DNA of 45,627 nucleotides from NCBI GenBank assembly GCA_002633005.1, contig NMRA01000932.1, positions 49,704-95,330 of the forward strand. Direction: 5' to 3'. Source of the DNA: Phoronis australis (lineage: Eukaryota > Animalia > Phoronida). Under the pieces are notes generated by a model that saw only the letters and a list, made by a program, of their open reading frames with translations, searched no databases and was not told where the DNA came from. Made by a program: the position numbers and the translations under genes. Shown piece after piece: positions 27,901-39,067 of this stretch (the stretch's first letter is position 1; every line of letters begins with the position of its first letter).

Positions 27901-29188
27901 ACTTAAAGGAGAATACCACCCGATTTAGTTAGTCTTTTTTGCCATCTTAATCGGTCTATATCCACATCGCCTCGCATACGGTCGACCTTAACTTGCCAAG
28001 AGGTGTCGCGTTAATCTGTGAGGAAAGTGAGAAACGACGCTAGCGACGTCAGTGGTTCATATGCAGAGTGAATGCCGCTATGTTGCGGTGCAATGTTACC
28101 GCTTGTCCGAACTAAGCAGCTGCGAGGAAAGCGGGTATATCGTTTTTTTTTTACTTCCTCAAGAGTCCGAAATGCTTAGGAAGTGGCTCATGGTAATGAA
28201 GAATGAAATGTACGCTGTAAATAGCAAGTATGAGGCCGTGAAGCATCTCCGTGTCTGTGGCCTGCAGACGTCGACAGTGCCTGACGAATGCCGGCTTACC
28301 AAACAACTCCATACGTTCCGTTGTCTGAGCTTGTTCACGGCACCTCTCTAGTATTTCTTCATCACTGTATTCCTGTTCGAAATGATAGTCTGTAAAACTT
28401 AACGATCCACCTACGAAGTCGGGACTGATGAGCTCTAGCTTGTCCTAAGACGGGATTGCGAGTTGCCATCGTTGGCGTTTATTACTGAGCGTTCTGTTTC
28501 AAAATGAATTATTCTCACCCTAACCAATACTTATATAAAACTGAAATGAAGTCTGTCTCATTAGATGCAATTTGTAATACCTTTGGAGTGTTCGTGAGTG
28601 CAAATGATTTGACAAGCCACCAATGAATAAATCACTGCGTTACCGGCTTTAGGTGCAATAAAACTAATTGATGGGACACCTAGGCCGTGTGAGCACATGC
28701 TAATTTAGTGTTTGCTGGCAGAAACTGTTGTGAAACAACTCGATATCCATCCCATGGCCAGGTGTTAGGGAAATCTTTATTTATATTTACATTATTAAAA
28801 TAATGATTGTCAATGTACAACTTCTGCATTGACGGTGCTGTGGCCAAAGCGGAGCCTGAATTAGTTCGCGGCCCCCGACGAGTAAGTAGATTTGCAGTTG
28901 TCAGGTGTCAGGTAGCGCAACCGTACGTGTCGTTATGGAGTAGAACAACTCGATCTAAATTCAGTTGATACAAATTAGGTTGTTTTTTGGGTGGCATGCT
29001 CCTTTAAGTTCAAAACAGACCGGCAAAACAATGCCAATGGCTAACTACTGACACTAGTCGGACACTGAGACTAACTCAAGAACGATTACCTTTCCGTATA
29101 CAACAGAATGTTCTCCATGAAGAATAACTTTTCCCGGAGCCGACACAACAATCTCTTCATTATTCGCAGGAATCTGGCTGCCCATCAT
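21928..29188 (-). CDS. MVK: Mevalonate kinase, complete, 9 coding exons, about 410 aa
   Basis: Exons (minus): 29188-29090, 27748-27595, 27398-27260, 26428-26292, 25446-25321, 25079-24943, 23343-23230, 22865-22712, 22100-21928; all GT-AG and phase-consistent, 1233 nt. Motifs [69 protein letters not shown]. Confidence 0.96.
24581..24753. repeat. 43-bp tandem repeat x4
   Basis: AATGGGGTGCTATCTCCATCACAACTGCATGGTTAATACTTTA, identical copies. Confidence 0.95.
25930..26180. repeat. Variable minisatellite (units of about 15-22 bp)
   Basis: Core CACTAATGAACAG(T/C)CTCAC repeated about 13 times. Confidence 0.9.
26864..27250. mobile_element. MITE family 'GTCCACACACAG', copy A
   Basis: Ends CCACACAGACTTGCCC / GGGTAAGTCTGTGTGTGG; interior similar, in reverse, to 43080-43145 and to the 31694 array. 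Confidence 0.6.
27907..29003 (+). mobile_element. Kolobok-like DNA transposon deletion derivative, copy 2, in an MVK intron
   Basis: TTAA at 27903-27906 and 29004-29007; TIR AGGAGAATACCACCC / GGGTGGCATGCTCCT; THAP-like ORF 28052-28351 ([22 protein letters not shown]); [13 protein letters not shown] on the minus strand at about 28350-28390. Confidence 0.8.
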
Positions 29189-29500
29189 AGCTTCGAAATG
29201 ACACCTGAGGTATAAGCAAGTGGGGTGATAAATATGACCTGATTTTTAGTTCAGAGGTCATGGGAATATTCTACTTTAGAAATATTTTGGGGGGGTTAGT
29301 TTTAAGTCGAACAAGTTTTTGTATAACTCTGAGCACAGTTTTGTTTATTAAAAAGTTAAATAATTTTTAAAAATCCGTTGATTTATAATTTTCTTTTATA
29401 TTATAGCTAGTATCATCGAGCACTGTTATTTTTTAAGAATAATTACTAACTGTGCTTACCTCTCAAGATTGTGATAGGCAATAATAACAAAGATGGCGGC
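29189..29500. promoter_or_regulatory. MVK/MMAB bidirectional promoter region with SRE-1 and YY1 motifs
   Basis: Start codons 304 bp apart and divergent; ATCACCCCAC (minus) at 29220-29229; AAGATGGCGGC over the MMAB ATG; candidate MVK 5'UTR intron on the minus strand from donor GAG|GTAAGC (29460/29459) to acceptor CCTCAG|G (29205/29204). Confidence 0.7.
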
Positions 29501-32500
29501 CTCCAGGTTCGGAAAAGTTTGCTCGTCTTTCATGAAAAGACCAACAGTTTTTAACTGGTTACATGTCTTGAAACCAAGCACATTGCATATTTGCAACCAC
29601 ACGCGACACTCAAGGTTATTTCTATCACCAGCTATTAGTCATTTACTGTATGATGGTCAAATAGCGGTGTCCAAGTTAGTTAGGCCTACCGTTAAACGCG
29701 AGCCGAGCCATGCGTGGATGAGCCTAGCCTTAGCGCGAAGCTGTATATACTATATAGCCAGCCAGCTAGCTGTATGAAGACTATCGTCAAAATACAGCAA
29801 GGGGTAATTGTTAACAATATGACGACATTGACTTACACATATGATTTTGGTATCATTCAATTCCTTGCAACATTTTCTTTCCAGAAACAAACTGAAATTT
29901 CTCCTACCCCGTTCCCTAGTATTTTATCTTGAAATTTCTGCTCGCACTATTTCCCAATACTTGGTAGTAATACCGCCATATTGAATGGAAAGAGTCACCC
30001 GATGGTCAAAAACTAAACTACTCTACCGACTTCTGCAGATCGTCGCTCTCCATAAAGTCAAATTGACAGAGACCCCAGCCCGGGTTACGGTCCCAAGGGT
30101 TCAGATTCGATCTTATGGTGACTCTGGTACCAGTACACATCTGCTAGCAAGAATCCACGAAAAAAGCGGAAGTTGTTTTTGAGGTCCAAATTGGTGAAAA
30201 ATGTATCACTTCAGACAATTTCGTGAAAAAATGGTCAAATGATTATAATTCTAAAAAAATGAAAAAGGTGAAATGCTGCTAATTGTTCCTCCATATTATG
30301 TCAGTAATGTCAGGAAAACTTTAGCGGGAATCTCGTGCGGACAAACACCATTCAGAATCGATGATACTGTTTCATTCATTAACAACAGATGTCGCTGTAA
30401 TCTTGAGTTGACAATCGGGAAATAGTGCGAACCGAAATTCGACGATAAAATACGGAGGAAATGTGGTAGGGGATACATTCATTTATTTTTGGAAAGACAA
30501 CGTTGCAAGGAATCGAACGATACCAAAACATGTGTAGGTCAATGTCGTCATATTGTAAACAAATACCCAGCAAGGTACCACTGTGTGTTTTTCTTCCATA
30601 GACCCCGAAATTGCACACAGCCAGGGTAGTTCTGCTCGTCAAGTGGCCGGGAAACCTGTATCAACATTTAGAGCTAAAGACCGGATGGGGTGCATGTAAA
30701 ATCTGGCAATCAAAGGACACTCGCCTTGCTCGTTACAGCTGTTTAAGTGGAAAGCAATCTAATAAACGTCATTTTCTTGCGTAATCCTCCACATATTCTA
30801 ACAAAGAAAAGTTATGTCGTCATATTGAAAACAGTGCGCTCATGACACACGCATGCGCCATTTCCTAAATTTTTGCGACATCTCTCAGGAGATGATGATA
30901 GCTTGGCAGCAGCAAAGTTTCTTCTGAAATTCGTTTTTTTTTTGGTATCAAAATTCTAAAGACGTATAATGAAGTGAAACCAGTTCCGATAATTTGTCGG
31001 GACGTGTATGCAACCTCGTGAAAGAACAACAGTTGATTGAAGAATCGGCGAAAAAAGAAACTGGCCAATAGGTGGCACAATATTTCATGGCTCCGAAAGC
31101 CATCGCTAAAGATCGCTCCACAACTTAAGCAGCAGAATGCCATTTTTTGCAACACGGTTAAATAATTTAGTTTACTCAAGGAAGGCTAGTTTTTAATGAC
31201 ACTAATTTTGTGTCAGATTTCATCTTGCCACTTTTTAGTACCCACATCGGTTCAAAGCTGTATATTTCAAGAATACAACTTTGTACCAAGGCTAAGCTGT
31301 ATACTAAATGTTGTATTTTGACAACAGTCTTCATACAGCTATCTAGCTGACTAGGATGAGCAGAGACTCTGAGAATAAGATTCACAACCAACCTCTATTA
31401 GCTTGGCAGTCTGGTGAATAACTTTATTGGTCAATCAAGGATGTGACCAACTTAAATCAGCTGAGCATAAAAAGCATGCTTTGGCATGAGATAAGCTCCC
31501 GTTGTTCCCCAAACTCTAATGCTAATAGAGGCTGGATGTGAAACTGAGTGAGAGTCTGCCTGTCTGATTGTCCACATGCGTGTACTTGTTACCAAGATAT
31601 GTGCTGTTCACACTACGAGTTATCCTAGAACAAGTTACTCCTGGAAAAAATTCTCACTAGGTTTGGTAGAAGAGTGGACGGAACTTGCACTGGGACAACT
31701 TATCCCACTTCATCAAGGTGGCTAACTTGTCACATGTGTGACAACTTACCCCATTTCATCAAGGTGGCTAACTTGTCACATGTGTGACAACTTACCCCAT
31801 TTCATCAAGGTAGGGCAACTTGTCACATGTGTGACAACTTACCCCATTTCATCAAGGTGGCTAACTTGTCACATGTGTGACAACTTACCCCATTTCATCA
31901 AGGTAGGGCAACTTGTCACATGTGTGACAACTTACCCCATTTCATCAAGGTGGCTAACTTGTCACATGTGTGACAACTTACCCCATTTCATCAAGGTAGG
32001 GCAACTTGTCACATGTGTGACAACTTACCCCATTTCATCAAGGTGGCTAACTTGTCACATGTGTGACAACTTACCCCATTTCATCAAGGTAGGGCAACTT
32101 GTCACATGTGTGACAACTTACCCCATTTCATCAAGGTGGCTAACTTGTCACATGTGTGACAACTTACCCCATTTCATCAAGGTAGGGCAACTTGTCACAT
32201 GTGTGACAACTTACCCCATTTCATCAAGGTGGCTAACTTGTCACATGTGTGACAACTTACCCCATTTCATCAAGGTAGGGCAACTTGTCCTAGTGCCAGT
32301 CTTAGTGTGGACACAATAATGCAGACAAGGCAGAAATAATTACCACCTGTGCAATTGCTCAGTTACACACATAGTGTTTTCTAATCATTTTTGCACCATA
32401 TTTGTCACATGATGTAAGATTTGTAAGGTGGCCCCTCGGCTAAATGAGGGCAAGCTGCTCTAGGGCAAGTTACTGTAGGGCATGTTGCTCTAGTGCAACT

Positions 32501-35500
32501 GGTGCTGTGGACACGATTGTACAGACCTGTTATTCTGGGAATGCCAGGCTTTTTGATTCATTGAGTCTGCCTTACTTTGACTTTGGCACAGTTCATATTG
32601 TACAGCTGTCATCATTAAACATATGATTATCATAGATTGATAGATTAATATGGTATTTCATACAAGTATTTATTTTGTATATCGTTTAAATTTATTGGTG
32701 AGTTTCGCGAACTGAAGATTTCAGAGAGTATGATATTCATATGAAGGATTGAATGCCTGGGCATTTTTTCCAGTGTGTTATTTATTAATGAACTTGATCT
32801 GTTTCAGTTCGTCAGCAGAAAAGAAGAGTGGACCAAAAATTTACACGAAGACTGGAGATAAAGGTTAGTAGTATGCTTTCACATATTGTTAGTTCTTGTG
32901 TTTGTGACTGTGTGTAGAAATATTGCCAATAGGACAAAATTCACAACATCACACCAAAACTTCACTACATTAAGAATTCCAATTCGCTTTATTTACAGGA
33001 ACCTCGGGAACCTTCACTGGTGAACGACGATCTAAGGATGACGTAATATTTGAGGCCCTTGGTGCTACTGATGAGCTCTCTTCAAATGTCGGGTAAGTCT
33101 TCTCACCCACTGAACAGGAACTCTTTTTTAAGGGTGCTTGTTCCATTCTTTTGACCAATTTTGAACACAGAAAGTGTTTTGTCAATATTGAGAGACATCA
33201 CTGAAATACTGGAAACAGGTCTACTTGTATTTGCACTTTTTACTAAACAATTCGCAAAAGGTGAAATTCCATGACGTCCAATGGTAGCAGTTATTTTGGT
33301 GGTGTTTCACCAGAAATAACTGAAAATTCAATATTCTGTTTATTTTGAAAACATTTGATTGTTGAAAGTCAAGAGCATTATTTAGGAATTAGTTAAAACT
33401 AGATTCGCTTGTGGTCAAATTTCATTTATGAACAGATTAAGTTTTTATCTGAAAAGAAATGGAAAGAGTATCTTTAAGAGCAGAATCATTTTTAGGTTCT
33501 AAGTTTCTTTGTAGTCTTATCAAAATTATTGCCAAAATTGTCATTTTTAAAGTATTCAAAGGCTGGTTACCATTGTGCAAATTATGGAAACATTACCAAA
33601 TATTGTTTAATGACATCTACACACTGCAAACAATGCTAGGAGTGTACTAAAGCTATCTTAAGCTTTACTTTCGATGGAAAAATTTGACACAACAGAATTT
33701 CACTTGTCAACCATATTGTGTGTTTAATAAATGGAGAATTACTGTACAATAACCGTCCAAAATGCTAATTTACTGGCCAATCATGTGCTTTCAATGTTGC
33801 TGAACAGAGCCTAATAACCACAAATCATGTGTTTTCACTGGAATGTAAGCTTCTTATGGTTAGAAGGTAAATCTGTTGTTTGATTTGGTGTACTAGGACT
33901 TGAAAGTGTTAGACCTTCAAATAAAATGTGTAACCTTCAAGTAAAATATGTGACCTTCAAGTAAAGTGTGTGATCTTCATGTAAAATATGTGGCCTTCAA
34001 GTAAAATGTGTGATGTTGAAGTAAAATGTGTAACCTTCTTGTAAAATTTCATCTTCAAGTAAAGTGTGTGATCTTCAAGTAGTGTGCTATGTTCTAGTAA
34101 AACTTATTGACTGACACTCATCAAAAAAAAAACGAATTCAAAACATGACTATTGTACTAAGTATGTGTGTCCAAATGTGGTAACTGGGAACAAACGTTTG
34201 TTTTTCTTGTTATTATCTGGTGGACGTTGGAAAGGTTTTCCTAAATTTTGAGCAGCTGAAGTACGGGCATGTATTTAAACATTAAACGCGTCTCTATAGA
34301 ATTGGTAGTGTTGCATACATATTTTAACCCTTAGTAATGTATTTGTCAGTTTCAAATTGCTTCTCAGTGTGTAAGCAGTGCAGTACACAGTATACCCCAA
34401 CATAATTGGACAAAATGAAGTGGAGTTCAGTGACATAGTATCTATACCTCATTACTGAGAATGACCAGACATGAAGCTGAATGTTTGTGATTTTTGCTGT
34501 TTCCGCTGGTATTCACCATGACAGGGAAGTGTCTAATCCGATTTTTTAGCCTATACTGTGTGAAAACAATCATTTTTGAAATTGAATGTTGGTTAGAGAA
34601 GAAGCTATTTTTAGAATAGTTGTCAACTGGGGCTGTCACTTTTATACTTTTATTTCAGACTCGCCCTCTCATTTTGTCAGATTTCATCTTTAGCAGAAAA
34701 GTTGGAAAAGGTAAGTGCTGATGTGTGCCTCAGTTTCTTCTTAGTGAAGTTCTATAGAGAAATGGATTTTCCAAGATAATACAAAGAGACGAAATTCAGA
34801 GAATCTGATTTTTCCATGTAATTTGAGGTTTGGCAGGGATAGCATAATTTCAATAATTTGGGGCTTATTTACCTAAACTTAAGAATGTATTCCATCAAAT
34901 TCCACGATTATGGCCACAGATCAATCATCATGCAGCTGACATGATCAAACAGTTGTTCATTCTTTTTCTTATTTTGAGGAGCACCAAATGTGGCTTGCAG
35001 TAAGATATTGATAAAACAAAGCCGTGACGTAATTCATCACAAAAAGTAAGGCAATTCCCATTTCATTTTGATTATGAGCCCACCTATTCATATGTAGTGA
35101 TCAACAGTCAAATATTTTTATAAGCACTATAAATCCTTATCCCCGGATACAAGCATACTTTCTAACCCCCTATGTGGGGTACCTTCTATTCAATGATAAC
35201 CTCCAAACTGGAGTAAAATAAAAATGTCTCAGATGTGTAGGTTGTTCATAACTCTGGAGCTAAAGTTGAGACCGTTCCATCACAGAATGAACTCCCACTA
35301 ATCCTCTGCTGAAGACTTTGTGTCACGTTTTTCCCCGTGTGTGGGTGGGCGCAGGTTGTTACAGACCGGTGCTAATAGCTTTCGGTGCGAAGATTGACTG
35401 AAGACTGGTTCGAGTTAATCCTTTATTAATCCCGACCGTATACGTTCACAAGCCTACTCAAACAAAACGTCCGACGTAATGTCTGTTTATGCTCCAGCCA

Positions 35501-37384
35501 GTGCTGCGAAGCCGTGACTTGTATTGAACTTCTGAGATACTTCCAGCAACTGTTACACTCGATTCAATAACCTGCTGTCTCTATAGCTGGCTCTCTATTG
35601 ACTATCGCTGTAACTGCTGATTCTGCAACTCAACTGTAGTTCTCCTGATTAACTTACTTGAACTCACTTGATCTCTTGACTTGATCTTCTTGGACTCAAC
35701 TGACTTAAACTGACTAACACAAACCCGTGCTTGTGTATTTATAGCCTAACGCATTGTTCTGGAACTTTTCATCAATTCAAGCACATACCAGAACTTTCTG
35801 GAACCTACCCAATCATTCTACAAACATGTACTAGTCTCTAGAATATTCCAGACTTCATCAATCACTGTCATGCTACAGAATTCTAGAAAGTTCCACACTA
35901 TACTGTAGTAAACAAATTACATCATCACTGTTCTGACCTCAGTCTTCTAGAAAGTTCCATACTATTCTGTAGTAAACAAATTACATCATCATTGTACTTA
36001 ACTCAGGGGTCATGCAAATCAAACTGAATAACAAAACAAAACAATACAACTAATAATACTGTCAGACTATATTCTGACACTTTGAATTGGGTGCCTGTTA
36101 AGAAACATGTGATGTTTTGGTTCTCTGTCTTCAAACGCTTCAGGAACACAAAATACCTTTTGCAATTGCTTGTGGTTATGACCTGTATCTAGAAGCGTGC
36201 ATGCAACTGTCCAAAACTGGTTTGACTTAATAACGTTTTTTCGCAGTGTAGTATGATTTTTAAAGCCATTGTTTACTACTTACAAGAATGTTTGTCATAT
36301 GACCCTTACCATTATAAGAGTGGTATTAAGTAGTTTGTTACTCAGGTTATGAATGATCGTTAGTTTTGGGAAATATCGAGATTAACTACTTGAGATCAGG
36401 CGCAATAATTTTTTCTGTCATGGAGGATGAATTTAAATGCCGAGCCTGGTCTTGAACACTAATGAACTATCGGATCTTGCCTAGTGCAAAAATTTCTCAG
36501 TTGGGCGTGGAATGAGTCGAGACCAATTTTATAGCGGTAAGTGGCCTAAATCAAACGAAGGCAGGTTTGTAAGAGAGAGTTTCCATCATGGAATTTTTAT
36601 GTCTCTGCATTCTGCTCATTCCAGATCTTGTCGATATTATTGGATGCTGGTGCTGCCATAGCAACCCCAAATAGTTCGGCACGAGATGCCCATAAAAGTA
36701 TGTATTGGTAGACTTTGTTGTACAGTAATAGTGCCAATGGCTGTGAACAACAATGGTTGTCTGTCGTCAGCCTAAGATTTCTGGTTGGTGTGCTTGATGT
36801 GTGCTTGTTGAGATTTTTCAAAAAGTGTATAACTGTTTCTCATATACCAATTCGTTCCTGTTGATGCTTTTAACCCTGAGGTGAAACCTCTGCATAGACA
36901 GTATTAAGGTGAACAGTGTGTCAATATAGCTGTTACTGATTAGTTGCTGCTGTCTTTTGAACTGAGGAAGGAATAAGGTGAGGCCTTTTTGAATAAGGTG
37001 AGGCCTTTTTGAATAAGGTGAGGCCTTTTTGAATAAGGTGAGGCCTTTTTTATACTGATTAAGCAGCTTAAGTCGAAAGTTTTTTGACGGAAAGTGTGGA
37101 TTTCATGCTGCTTGCAATTATCACAGAAAGTCTAGTCATGGAATAAGACAAGTTTTAAGACGTTTGAAAATGTTTTCATAATGAAGGTGTTTGGGCTTAA
37201 CAAATTTCTTTGTTCTTATTTTGTTTCACTTGTTTGGCCTGCTGATGTGGCTTAAAGCTCTCATGTTTATGTTTTATTGGTTGCAGAGAGGACACTTTTT
37301 AGTGACAGCCATGTAACGGAGCTGGAGAGGTGGATTGATGAGATGGACAAGTCGTTACCTACATTGAAAAACTTTATATTACCT
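29493..37384 (+). CDS. MMAB: Cob(I)alamin adenosyltransferase, mitochondrial; exons 1-6 only, 3' exons not found in window
   Basis: Exons 29493-29614 (basic transit-peptide-like; donor uncertain), 32808-32863 ([11 protein letters not shown]), 32999-33092 ([25 protein letters not shown]), 34659-34710, 36625-36697 (DAGAAIATP), 37287-37384 ([16 protein letters not shown]); all phase-consistent. Confidence 0.93.
29720..31350. repeat. Nested inverted repeat pair in MMAB intron 1
   Basis: About 29760-29800 pairs with about 31310-31350 (TAGCTGTATGAAGACT..GTCAAAATACA); about 29808-29958 pairs with about 30413-30563 (ACAATATGACGACATTGAC..TTCCTTGCAAC..CGCACTATTTCCC). Confidence 0.7.
31694..32289. repeat. 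Higher-order tandem repeat: alternating 46/47-bp monomers (93-bp dimer x6) inside a MITE copy (about 31603-32315)
   Basis: GACAACTTACCCCATTTCATCAAGGT[GGCT|AGGGC]AACTTGTCACATGTGT, 13 monomers. Confidence 0.95.
33914..34086. repeat. Degenerate 20-bp tandem repeat, about 9 copies
   Basis: Consensus CCTTCAAGTAAAATGTGTGA. Confidence 0.85.
35321..36079 (-). mobile_element. Solo LTR (759 bp) of an LTR retrotransposon in MMAB intron 4, antisense
   Basis: TGTCA...TGACA termini; 5-bp target duplication CTTTG at 35316-35320 and 36080-36084; on the minus strand TATAAATA (35736-35743) precedes AATAAA (35422-35427), giving U3-R-U5 order. Confidence 0.88.
35736..35958 (-). promoter_or_regulatory. TATA box plus heat-shock element cluster in the LTR U3
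   Basis: Perfect 3-unit HSEs at 35790-35804, 35880-35894 and 35944-35958; imperfect ones at 35756-35770 and 35835-35854. Confidence 0.8.
36971..37050. repeat. 20-bp tandem repeat x4
   Basis: GAATAAGGTGAGGCCTTTTT, identical copies. Confidence 0.95.
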
Positions 37385-38202
37385 GTAAGTTTATGTTTAG
37401 TGAGCAGAGTGAAATGATCTTTTGGTGAATTATAGCCTTTGGACTCCATGTTTTTATGAAATGTTGAACTGGGCATTGGGTGGAATGAGCAATAAAATAA
37501 AAGGTTAATTTATATTTTGCTGGGGACTTGTCATGTTGGTTCTGGTCTATGTTTATTTTTTTTGAAAATCGCGTCTCTGGTGTGGTATTTTTTAGTTGAT
37601 CGCTTTCTCAAAAAATGCAATCAAACTGAGAAGAGCAAAACTGATCCATGATTTTTCCTCATCACTTGGCAGATGATGGTAGTTCATTTCAGTCCTTGTT
37701 TATGTGCCTTTGTGTAGCTTTCTAAAACTACATGGCCTTGGCTGAAATTGATGCTAGCAGGCATTTTCAGTTGGTGAACACATGTCTCAAAATTCATTGG
37801 GGTGCACACCAGAACCAAGTGTGCTTTTGGCCTCATCACCTACTGTCAGACAGCATTTTCTCGTCCATGTCATTGTAGTCTGCTCATCTATCCTGATCCC
37901 AAACACTGCTTCTCCTGCGTCCTGTGATCACTTGCCCCAATAGCTGGTAACTTACCAGCAGGACAGCAACTGATACAACCATGATTGTATTGGTAGCAGC
38001 TGACAATGTATCTACTGCTGTAAAATGCATTCCAGTGGTTATCTTCAGAGCTTGGAATTTTCTGCGGAAACGCGGATTTCCGCTTTTTTCAAATGTTCTG
38101 TCCGCGCATTTTATTATGCGCCCACATATTTATATGTGGACGCATTATGCCGTCATCTCCGTCCGTCCGTCTGTCCATCCGGGCGGCGTCCGGCGTCCGC
38201 AG

Positions 38203-38496
38203 ATGGATTCCTAAGTAAGATGTCTGGAAGGAGTGATAAGATGGGATGGATTCCTAAGTAAGATGTCTGAAGGAGTGATAAGATGGGATGGATTCCTAAG
38301 TAAGATGTCTGGAAGGAGTGATAAGATGGGATGGATTCTTAAGTAAGATGTATGGAGGGAGTGATAAGATGGGATGGATTCCTAAGTAAGATGTCTGAAG
38401 GAGTGATAAGATGGGATGGATTCCTAAGTAAGATGTCTGAAGGAGTGATAAGATGGGATGGATTCCTAAGTAAGATGTCTGGAAGGAGTGATAAGA
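38203..38496. repeat. 42/43-bp tandem repeat, about 7 copies
   Basis: ATGGATTCCTAAGTAAGATGTCT(G)GAAGGAGTGATAAGATGGG. Confidence 0.95.
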
Positions 38497-39067
38497 TTCA
38501 GTGTCAGATTTCCATTTTTTAACCACATTGTCAGCATTATATTTATGTGCAAGTGAGGGTTTACTGTGTCAGTGGACATTTTCAGTAAGCCTGCTTTGGT
38601 CAAACTAACATGAGGTAAACATTCATTCACGTATCACCACTTGCCCGTGGGGTGCAATTGAGAACTCGAAATTCACTAGATGGTACTAGTGAAACTGGTG
38701 TCTTACTTGTAGAAGTACCTGCATTCTGATCACTTTGAGTGGACTGTTTATGCCCCACTGATGAATTACTCTCAATCTATTTAGATGTATCTACATTTAA
38801 TTAGCACCACCCAGTGAATATTGTGAATCCATAAAGTGCTCAAGAACATTATTCTTCTTTATTTCTGGCAATAATACAACTCATGGGTCTGATCACTAAA
38901 ATCTTACTTGCATTCAATATCACCAAAGTTCATTACTGCCACGAATATGAACATGCTGCAAAAAGGTTTTAGTGGAGAGTAAAAGTTTAGCGTAAATTTG
39001 TGCATCAGCAAGAAACGTACAACTTGAAAGTTTTGTTGGCGATTACGTGACTGATGTAACCATTAAA

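Noticed and set aside
29235-29260. TGACCT-n14-AGGTCA nuclear-receptor element in the MVK/MMAB promoter
   Set aside because: Atypical spacing, and such half-sites are frequent; it cannot be supported without conservation data.
31738-32319. 193-aa Cys/His-rich repetitive ORF
   Set aside because: It is a translation of the 93-bp tandem repeat with a non-ATG start and no synonymous variation.
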